From an uncultured Bacilli bacterium (lineage in GTDB: Bacteria > Bacillota_I > Bacilli_A > RF39 > UBA660), in assembly GCA_934101345.1 (NCBI GenBank), contig CAKOQV010000001.1, positions 38,991-102,990 on the forward strand: DNA of 64,000 nucleotides, in the 5' to 3' direction. Below, piece after piece: positions 1 to 7,651 of this stretch. The translations under genes and the position numbers were made by a program. The notes below the pieces were generated by a model. The model worked only from the letters and a program-made list of their open reading frames with translations. It had not been told where the DNA came from and did not search any database. Position 1 is the first letter of the stretch. Every line of letters begins with the position of its first letter.

Positions 1-736
1 TAAAAAGGTTGCAAAAGCATTCAATTTAAATAAACCAATTTGTTATATAATTGATGGCATTGATTTAAAGAAACATAAAGTATATATCTTTGGTTATAAC
101 AATTGTGAAGTTATTATTAAAAATTGTAATTTTGGATTAGATTTATACGTTGATGTTAATGGTAAATGTACATTAGAGAATACAAATATAACAACATTCT
201 CTTATTTATCAATTGGCGCTAATGATTTAGTAATTAAAAATATGGATAGCGACAAAATAAGAATAATCAGTTCTGAATCAAATATCATTTTGGATGCAGA
301 TAATAGAATTGATGTAATAGACTCTAATATCGGTAGTCAAAAGAAAAATATTAATGTTTCATTTATAGCTACAAATGAATTAAATGTTGTTAATTCTAAT
401 ATTGTTGGCAAAGAAGTAGAATGTAAATCAAGTACTATTAATACTGATAAAAAAAGTTCATTAATTGCGACTGATAAAGTTAATCTACAAATAGATACTT
501 TTGATTCTATAAATATTAATGCTCCAACAATTGTTTTAAATGGAGAAGAAATATCAAATGAAAAGAAATCAGTTGTATTTAAAAAAATAACTGAACCACT
601 TGCACTTAAAAGATTAGAATTAGTAAATCTTTTGAAAAAAGTTAAAACTCAATGTGAAAACATTAATTCAGAGAAAGTTTTAGAATACCAAGAAGAACTA
701 AATGTTCAACCAGTTAGTAAAGTTTTAAAAAAATAA
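1..736 (+). CDS. Hypothetical beta-helix-like repeat protein, 3' portion; the 5' end lies upstream of the window
   Basis: Frame 2 is open from nt 2 to the stop at 734-736, and the track Met at 242 is internal. N/I/D-rich segments recur at about 20-aa spacing (…NIVGKEV…, …NSNIILDADN…), typical of right-handed beta-helix, adhesin or tail-fibre folds. A terminator follows directly. Confidence 0.45.
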   Translation, partial: KKVAKAFNLNKPICYIIDGIDLKKHKVYIFGYNNCEVIIKNCNFGLDLYVDVNGKCTLENTNITTFSYLSIGANDLVIKNMDSDKIRIISSESNIILDADNRIDVIDSNIGSQKKNINVSFIATNELNVVNSNIVGKEVECKSSTINTDKKSSLIATDKVNLQIDTFDSININAPTIVLNGEEISNEKKSVVFKKITEPLALKRLELVNLLKKVKTQCENINSEKVLEYQEELNVQPVSKVLKK

Positions 737-753
737 TAATATACAAAAGAAAA

Positions 754-778
754 AGACAATTGCGGATTGTCTTTTTGC
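754..778 (+). terminator. Rho-independent terminator
   Basis: Stem AGACAAT, loop tgcgg, stem ATTGTCT, then TTTTT, immediately after the stop at 736. Confidence 0.7.
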
Positions 779-977
779 TATTATATAAAATGATGGGTAC
801 CCCAGGCGAGATGAATGCTCACATATAAAATATGCTTACTGGCATTGCCAACACATCGTTAATCCTTCACAAGTATCCCATCTACATATATATTATAGCA
901 TATTTATGTAAAATATTCATCTTTTTTTTATTTTTTGAATTCTTCAATGTAAACTTGACTAATATATTCAATTGCTA

Positions 978-1238
978 AATCACTATATTTTTTAATATTA
1001 GTTTTAGAATACGGGAATAAATAACAATAGTCTTGATTTCTTTTAATACTTTTTCTTTATTGAAAATATTTGCAATAGTACTATATGAGTTACCTTCAAA
1101 ATATAAATTAAATATTCTTATAACTATATCTTTAGTTAATGGATCTGGTACTAATTTTTTATCAACTCTTTTATAACCTATAGGACAAACTGCAGGAATG
1201 TGTCTACCATAGACATAATGACACCAACTAAAAATACA
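978..1238 (-). pseudogene. Large serine recombinase fragment (recombinase-domain remnant); no start codon, bounded by stops
   Basis: Minus-strand frame translates to …GRHIPAVCPIGYKRVDKKLVPDPLTKDIVIRIFNLYFEGNSYSTIANIFNKEKV…. This matches the conserved PxGY…L.ide.eA.iVr.IF.ly..G.s…IA..LN motif of the Recombinase domain in large serine recombinases (SpoIVCA, TnpX, CcrB type). Only about 87 codons are open. Confidence 0.5.
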
Positions 1239-1437
1239 TTAGATTTAATACATTTCAAAGGAAAGATAAATAATATAGTTATTAACTTAAATTCAAAGAG
1301 TTATAACGATAATGATATTGGTTTTGATATATATGTATCTGTTTTAAAATAAGTTATTCTGTTTCGTTCTAAAAAATAGATATGTATGATAAATCAATAA
1401 AAAAATAAGTAATATTAAAATTTAAAAGATTAGCAGT

Positions 1438-1462
1438 AGAGATATGTTTTAAAGCATATCTT
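1438..1462. promoter_or_regulatory. Inverted repeat AGATATG-N8-CATATCT followed by a T run, upstream of the relaxase gene; candidate oriT or terminator
   Basis: Perfect 7-bp inverted repeat read directly from the sequence. MobV plasmids place oriT inverted repeats just upstream of mob. Its function is not shown by the sequence. Confidence 0.25.
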
Positions 1463-1496
1463 TTTCTATTGCTTAAATGAAAGGAGAAAATGATAT

Positions 1497-2757
1497 ATGA
1501 ATTTAAATTATGCAATATTTAGAAGTCAACAGATTATGACTTTAAATGATTTAGCACAAATCGGATCACACAATAAAAGAGAAAAACAGGCTTATAAATC
1601 TAATCCTGATATTAAATTAGAATTAAAAGATGATAACATTGAGTTAGTACCACTTGAATCTAAATATGTTAAAGGTTTTAAAGAATTAACTAAGGAATAT
1701 GAAAAAGAACACAATGAAAGACAAAAGACAAGAAAGAAAAAAGACTTATAGTCAAATGTTAAATAAATCAAAAAATGTTGTTGCAGATGAACTATTATTT
1801 ACTGCTACCCATAATTTTTTTGAGAATATGAATAAAGATGATATTATTGATTGGGCTAATACTTGTATGGAATTTGTTTATAAAGATTTAGGTTATACAA
1901 AATCACAAGTATTACACGCTACTATTCATTTAGATGAAGAAACACCACACTTGCATTGTGTAGTTATTCCACTAGTAAAAAAGTATGATAAAAGAACAAA
2001 TACAGAAAGATATACTATATCTAAAAAACAATATATAAGAGATAAATATCATTTATCAGAATTACAGGATAAATATCATAAAAGACTAACTGAAAAAGGA
2101 TATGATTTAGAACGTGGTATTAAAGGTAGTAATGCTAAACATCAAAAAACAAAAGAATTAAAGAAAACTACTAGATATTATGAAAACAAAGTTAAGGTAA
2201 TAAATACTAGAATAGATAATGCTATGAACGTTTTTGAAGAAAAGATGAAAACTACAAAAAATATACCTTTTAGCAAAACGCACGTATTAGTAGAAAAAGA
2301 TACTTTTGAAAGTATGAATAAAGTTATTAAAGAAAGTAAAAAAGCAATAGAGTTTCAACCTAAATTACAACAATTATTTAATGAAGTTGATAACTATACT
2401 AAAAGTCATCAAACTTTAGAAAAGGAAAACGAGGTACTAAATGCTAGAGTTAATAAACTTTCTAAAGATAACACTAAACTAAACACACGATTAGAAGCCA
2501 TTTTAAAGGTAATTAAAGAGTTTTTTAGGAATTTATTACAAATTGGTAATGAACTTGTAAAAGAAACTACTACAATTGAAATAAAAGACTATTATGATAG
2601 TAAAGAATTTAATTCAAATGATGTTTATGATATATCTAAAGGAACAACCAAAGAAGATGAATTATTTGATTATGCAGATATACCTGGTTATTACAAAACT
2701 AGAAAAAAATCATATTATCAGGAAAAAGATAAAGACGATTATGAAATAAGTCTATAA
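1497..2757 (+). pseudogene. mob: MobV-family (Mob_Pre) plasmid mobilization relaxase, split by a +/-1 frameshift in a poly-A run
   Basis: N-terminus MNLNYAIFRSQQIMTLNDLAQIGSHNKRE resembles MobM/Pre of pMV158/pUB110. The downstream frame carries the HxDExTPHxH signature (HLDEETPHLH). The two ORFs (1497-1751 and 1699-2757) overlap at the run gaaagaaaaaagac. A strong RBS aaaggagaaaatgatatATG precedes the first ORF. Confidence 0.75.
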
Positions 2758-2833
2758 AAAATGTAAAAATTTATAATTTTATTAAGAATATTCTCAAATC
2801 TGTGTTATAATTAAGTTAATGGAGGTGTTAGAA

Positions 2834-3544
2834 ATGGCTTTTAGTAATTTGAACGAGCAACGTGCAAAAGCAATGAAAGATTTAAGAGATTACATGGAAC
2901 TTAAATATGGTTATGGAAGTGCATATATGAGAGCTATCTCTAAATTAAGTGCAAATGATCAATATGATGAGAGAGGAATGTTAAAACCAGAATATACATT
3001 AACTTCTAAAGAAAGGGATGCTTTATTATTTTATGTTCCAGAAACTAGTAAATATTTAAAAGCATTTGATGATGTAAGATTTGAAACTACAAACAAAACA
3101 AAAAACGAACAAAATAAAGACCAAACATTAGATAAAAGATATCGTATGTTTTTAGAAAGCGTAAGAGAAGGAACAATGAAAATTGCGTCTAGTGCTGAAG
3201 TCCCTGAAGGAAATAGAGTTATTCCTTATGAAATAGTAGGAATTGAATTTGGTACTGATAGAATTATAGAAACATATGGAAGAGATGTCTTTGAAAGAGC
3301 ATTTAAAGAAATGTATGGGGAAAATAGTCTAAAAAAAGCCGAATATAATAAGGTATCACAAGATCTTTCCAAGACAGACAGAATGTTTGTGTACCTTATT
3401 CAAGAGGGGATTGCTACTTCACCTTTAATAGATTTACAAGTTTTACTTCATTTACTAGAAGAAAAAGGAATACCAACTTATATCGATTTTGAATCAAGAA
3501 CATTTTATTATAATGGTAGTCCTCAAAAAGGCAAAACTAAATAA
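2834..3544 (+). CDS. Hypothetical protein within the mobile-element remnant
   Basis: Long ORF. RBS GGAGGTG lies 6 nt before the ATG at 2834; the track start at 2819 overlaps this RBS. No recognisable motif. Confidence 0.5.
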   Translation: MAFSNLNEQRAKAMKDLRDYMELKYGYGSAYMRAISKLSANDQYDERGMLKPEYTLTSKERDALLFYVPETSKYLKAFDDVRFETTNKTKNEQNKDQTLDKRYRMFLESVREGTMKIASSAEVPEGNRVIPYEIVGIEFGTDRIIETYGRDVFERAFKEMYGENSLKKAEYNKVSQDLSKTDRMFVYLIQEGIATSPLIDLQVLLHLLEEKGIPTYIDFESRTFYYNGSPQKGKTK

Positions 3545-3561
3545 ATTAGTTTTGCCTTTTT
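3530..3561 (+). terminator. Rho-independent terminator
   Basis: Stem GGCAAAACTAA, loop ataaa, stem TTAGTTTTGCC, then TTTTT, spanning the stop codon. Confidence 0.7.
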
Positions 3562-3819
3562 ACTATAATTCCATTATAGTAACACACTACCAAGATGGAC
3601 AAGCCATCTAGGATAAAGTGTGCCAAAGGTGGTCCTTTGGAAACCAATTTAAGCATAGTCTTAGCAAGACATAAAGCCAAGTAAAATTAAGAAGTTTTAT
3701 AATATAAGTATACAACGAAAGATAAAAGTGTTATAATTTATATAAAGATACTAATTTAAAAAGAGATTATAATGTTTATAAATTTATATAAATTAAGATC
3801 TATTAAAAGGAGAAGAATT

Positions 3820-4350
3820 ATGGAAAAAAACAAAAAAATTTTATCAGGTATTTTTGCTATAATAATGGAAGAAAGTATGACTAGTGATGTATATGAAGAA
3901 AATGAAGTTACTAGATATCCACTCGATAGTGTTGAGCCTACGTTTGAAGAACCTGTTGTTCGTTATAAAACAGTTCAATCAAATATAGGAATAAATAATG
4001 ATTTGTTTGTTGTAACGTTTTATGAAAATTTGCCTGAAAATCAAAATCATTTAAGTTTTTCAGAAATAAGATTTGGCTGTTACCATAACAAATATGATAA
4101 TTCAAGAGAAGAATACAGTTTTAATGTAGCTATTAAAACTGATGAAAAAAGTGATCCAACTAATTACCTAAGTTTTTCTTTATCTTCAGATGATTATGAA
4201 AAAATAAAAAAAGTCAGTGAAAAATCAATAAAAAATCCGAATGAACAAATTTCTATTCGATCTTATCTTGATTTGTTAAATTCACTTAATATTGAACAAA
4301 TTAAAAATTTAAACGTTCTATATGGAACCAAGTCTAATTTAAAAAAATAG
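3820..4350 (+). CDS. Hypothetical protein
   Basis: ORF with RBS AAAGGAGAAG 5 nt before the ATG at 3820; the track start at 3772 is less likely. No motif recognised. Confidence 0.45.
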   Translation: MEKNKKILSGIFAIIMEESMTSDVYEENEVTRYPLDSVEPTFEEPVVRYKTVQSNIGINNDLFVVTFYENLPENQNHLSFSEIRFGCYHNKYDNSREEYSFNVAIKTDEKSDPTNYLSFSLSSDDYEKIKKVSEKSIKNPNEQISIRSYLDLLNSLNIEQIKNLNVLYGTKSNLKK

Positions 4351-4464
4351 ATTGTTTAATTATACATTAAGGTATTTTCATCTGAATATAAAAAAGTATA
4401 ATTACATATATTTTTATATCTAACTTTTTTAATCGTTTATATTTTTGCTAATTTTATTGAATAA

Positions 4465-4508
4465 GCAACATATTACAAACTAATTGTAAGTAATATTGTT
4501 GCCTTTTT
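4465..4508 (+). terminator. Rho-independent terminator
   Basis: Stem GCAACATATTAC, 13-nt loop, stem GTAATATTGTTGC (one bulge), then CTTTTT. Confidence 0.5.
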
Positions 4509-4626
4509 ATTTGTCTTACGACTTCATAAAAAGAAAAAAAGACTACCACTTTCATCAGCAAAGCTGACAAAACGTGATAGCTTTTTTTAGATAATCTAAT
4601 AACTAATCTAACGAAGAGTGAAAAGT

Positions 4627-5034
4627 TTATCTTCTTATTTTAGGTATTATATTTGCTACTCTTGTATTTGTTATATCAGTTAATACAATTATCAAAACTA
4701 ATACTATTGTTGATATTATATAGGCAATTAACATTGCTATATAATTTTGAGAAAACACACTTTCAAAAAATGTTACTATACATAAGATAATTGCAAATAT
4801 TCCAACAATAAGAAATATAGTGTCGCTATAATTATTTGCTAATCTTTTCTTTGGATCATTGTCGTTTTTCTCATTCCAAGTTCTACCTAAAATGCTCCAT
4901 TCTTTTGTAAATTTTGCATGTCCCCAACAAGTTAAACCTATAAAAAACCAACCAACAGATACAAGTTTATAGTTATCAACAATAGGTATTAATATAACCA
5001 TAATCGTAGAAAATCGTAGAACAAAGAAAACCAA
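4627..5034 (-). CDS. Small polytopic membrane protein, hypothetical; start uncertain (TTG at 5034 or ATG at 5001)
   Basis: ORF encodes about four hydrophobic helices. It lies 12 nt downstream of the 5046-5537 gene on the same strand. No convincing RBS. Confidence 0.4.
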   Translation of the reverse strand: MVFFVLRFSTIMVILIPIVDNYKLVSVGWFFIGLTCWGHAKFTKEWSILGRTWNEKNDNDPKKRLANNYSDTIFLIVGIFAIILCIVTFFESVFSQNYIAMLIAYIISTIVLVLIIVLTDITNTRVANIIPKIRR

Positions 5035-5045
5035 ATATTTGAATT

Positions 5046-5537
5046 TTATTTAAAAACATTTTTATTTTTTCTAGCATTTTTTTTCGCCTCCTCGAATCTA
5101 TTTTCATCTAAAATATCTATTATTTGTTTATTAGTTTCATTTTGATAAGCCAAATCTTGTATCGTATCAATTAATATGTCTTTTTTATCTTGTTCCATAT
5201 CTTCATTATTTCTAATTTGATTATTTAATGTTTCAATGATAACTTCATTATTCTTGATACTTGATGTTGCCATAACCCAAGCATCTTCTAATTCAGATAA
5301 TTTTATCTTATTAGATAAATTCTCAATGAATATTTCGTTAGAAAAATTAAATATTAGAAATGTTTTATCTTTAATAATAATTCTATTGGGTTCAATATAA
5401 GTTAAGTTAGTTTTATCTATTTTTCTAATATTACCATTTATAATAGTAGGTGCTACCTTAGAAAACTCACATATTAGTTCTAACTCCCTTTTTAACGATT
5501 CTTCAATAGGTAATTCTTCTTTAATAATATTTACCAT
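5046..5537 (-). CDS. Hypothetical protein
   Basis: ORF with RBS AAAGGATGG just before the ATG. No motif recognised. Confidence 0.5.
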   Translation of the reverse strand: MVNIIKEELPIEESLKRELELICEFSKVAPTIINGNIRKIDKTNLTYIEPNRIIIKDKTFLIFNFSNEIFIENLSNKIKLSELEDAWVMATSSIKNNEVIIETLNNQIRNNEDMEQDKKDILIDTIQDLAYQNETNKQIIDILDENRFEEAKKNARKNKNVFK

Positions 5538-5598
5538 AATACCATCCTTTCTTTCTAGGATAGTTTCTTAAACATAAAAAAACTAATCCATTTCTGAA

Positions 5599-6302
5599 TT
5601 AGTTATTTATTAAAGCTCGAAAAGTTCGAGCAGATTTCCTTATGGTACCACCAACCTTAATGATAGTATTTCTTATTGCTTGCCCTACCATATGATGAGT
5701 ATTACAAGCGTTTTTTTCTCTAGTAATATTATTGTTTTTAATTACTTCATCTGTTTGAGTAATTCTAAATAAATTTGCTGCTAATTCATTGCTACCCATA
5801 TGATCTAGTATTTCTTCTTTATCAGGGTCAATGCCTTTTCTTTTTGCAATGTCTTTTGCTGTTTCTCCACCATATAGTCCTTTATAACCATAGTCATTAA
5901 ACTTTGCATAATTATTTACACCTGCTTTTTTTGCAGTATCAAATAAGTTTGACCCAACGCGACAGATTTATGTCTTGCTGGGCTTGCATTTTGTACTATC
6001 AAATAACAAGCGTATCTACTTAATTTATAATCTATTACTTCTTTAGTAGCACCATTGGGCATTTCGATTGTTTTCCCCTTAACGGGAAAATGTTCTTCTA
6101 TATTAAAACCACTCAAATTACAGCTTATTTTTGCTTTGTTTATTACTTTAGCAAAGTGTTCCCATTTTGAATATTCTAAAGCACTCTTTAATTCTCTTGC
6201 TTCCCAATATTCATTTCCTAATTCATCAATATGTTTAATTTCTTCAAATGTTTTATCTTTATATTCTTCTAATTCATTCTTCTCTTTAACTACTGTATCC
6301 AT
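5599..6302 (-). pseudogene. dinD: DNA-damage-inducible protein D (DinD) homolog, interrupted by a frameshift in a 7-nt homopolymer
   Basis: The 5916-6302 ORF matches the DinD N-terminus (FEEIKH…GNEYWEARELKSALEYSKWEHFAKVINKAK…YKLSRYACYLIVQNASP…GQTY). The 5599-5799 region plus the intervening frame matches the DinD C-terminus (…YGYKGLYGGETAKDI…ILDHMGSNELAANLFRITQT…). The frames switch at ctgctttttttgcag (about 5925-5935). Confidence 0.7.
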
Positions 6303-6573
6303 TTCAGGCTTTCTTTCTATATTTTAAAAATACCTGTAGTTCTAGTCTATTTTTGTTTTTTAACATTAATAAATATTCACAAATTACGTTCTATTAAAAT
6401 GCACTTCAATCAATATTATATACAATATTTTACCAAAGTCAATTATTTTGCTTAAATAATAGTCTGTTTTATTTTGCTAAATTATTAACTTTTGATTATT
6501 AACTTATGGCATTATACACAAGAGAGTAAAGAGTATTTATTTTGGTGATTGCAATCTTTGCACTATATATTTA

Positions 6574-6650
6574 TGGCTTATATATGATAGACATTATTTT
6601 TAGACTACAGGCTAAAAATAACACTCTAAGACCATAGACTTAGAGTGAAC
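6574..6650. repeat. Intergenic structured repeat element, copy A: 17-mer TGGCTTATATATGATAG plus two hairpins
   Basis: 17-mer at 6574-6590. SL1 is TTTTTAG / actacagg / CTAAAAA (6597-6618). SL2 is CACTCTAAG / accataga / CTTAGAGTG (6622-6647). Copies B, C and D share it. Confidence 0.7.
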
Positions 6651-6681
6651 ATAAAAAAATAGAGTATATAAATTATACTCT
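6650..6681 (-). terminator. rpsD rho-independent terminator
   Basis: Hairpin AGAGTATA / taaat / TATACTCT (6661-6681) spans the rpsD stop. On the minus strand it is followed by ATTTTTTTAT (plus 6650-6660). Confidence 0.6.
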
Positions 6682-7278
6682 ACTATAGAATTCTACAATT
6701 AGTGATTCATTGATTTCAGCGTTTAATTCGCTTCTTTCAGGATATCTAACATATGTAGCAGTTCTTTTTGCTTCATCATAATTAATAAAGTCAACTCTTT
6801 TAATTTTATTGGCTAATGCTATTTCAATTCCTTTGTGATCAGCAGAATTTTCTTTTATAGCAATAACATCTCCTGGTTTAACTCTGTAAGATGGAATATC
6901 AACTTTCTTACCATTTACAGTGATATGACCATGGTTAACTAATTGTCTTGCTCCTCTTCTAGTAGTAGCAAATCCAGCTCTATAAACTAGGTTATCTAAT
7001 CTACTTTCTAGTAAGATAAGTAAGTTTTCACCATGAACACCTTTCATTTTTGCAGAGTCATTTACTAATTTTTTGAATTGTTTTTCAGAAATACCATACA
7101 TAAATCTAACTTTTTGTTTTTCATTTAATTGAATAGCATAGTTAGAAGGTTTTCTTTTTCTGTCTTTACCATGTTGTCCTGGACCATAAGGTCTCTTCGC
7201 AATATCTTTACCATTTTCAAGTATTGAGAATGATACTCTTCTTGCTTTTTTGTTATTTGGGCCTGTATATCTAGCCAT
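6673..7278 (-). CDS. rpsD: 30S ribosomal protein S4
   Basis: MARYTGPNNKKARR…GARQLVNHGHITVNGKKVDIPSYRVKPGDVI… is the canonical S4 sequence. RBS GGAGGAAAG lies upstream. Confidence 0.95.
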   Translation of the reverse strand: MARYTGPNNKKARRVSFSILENGKDIAKRPYGPGQHGKDRKRKPSNYAIQLNEKQKVRFMYGISEKQFKKLVNDSAKMKGVHGENLLILLESRLDNLVYRAGFATTRRGARQLVNHGHITVNGKKVDIPSYRVKPGDVIAIKENSADHKGIEIALANKIKRVDFINYDEAKRTATYVRYPERSELNAEINESLIVEFYSRV

Positions 7279-7651
7279 TTTTCTTTCCTCCTTCTCTTAG
7301 AAGGCATACTATATTTTAATAGGGTGTCTTTAGCATACTTTCGCTATGCAGCCTTAGTTACTTATAAATGACACATTACTAAAATAGATAGTATCCGCTG
7401 CTAAGCAATAATATTATATAATTAATGATATGGTAAGTCAAGGAAAACTTGCTTGTTTTATTAATAAAATTATATTAAAAAGTGTAAAAAAAGTGTAAAG
7501 CGGTTAAAAATTGTCGAAATGTGTGTTATACTTGATATGATGATGATAGAAAGGGAGAGCTATCATTAAATTAGGAGGTGTTTGTTAAGAGGGGGAATTT
7601 CATTATGATGTTGCAAAATAATTATATATAATAAAATAAGAAAGGATGAAT

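Noticed and set aside
6574-6590. The conserved 17-mer TGGCTTATATATGATAG as a transposon terminal inverted repeat (MITE)
   Set aside because: There is no inverted partner at the other end of each copy and no target-site duplication. The conserved part is one-sided and is followed by hairpins with covarying stems, which fits a structured RNA or promoter-plus-RNA unit better.
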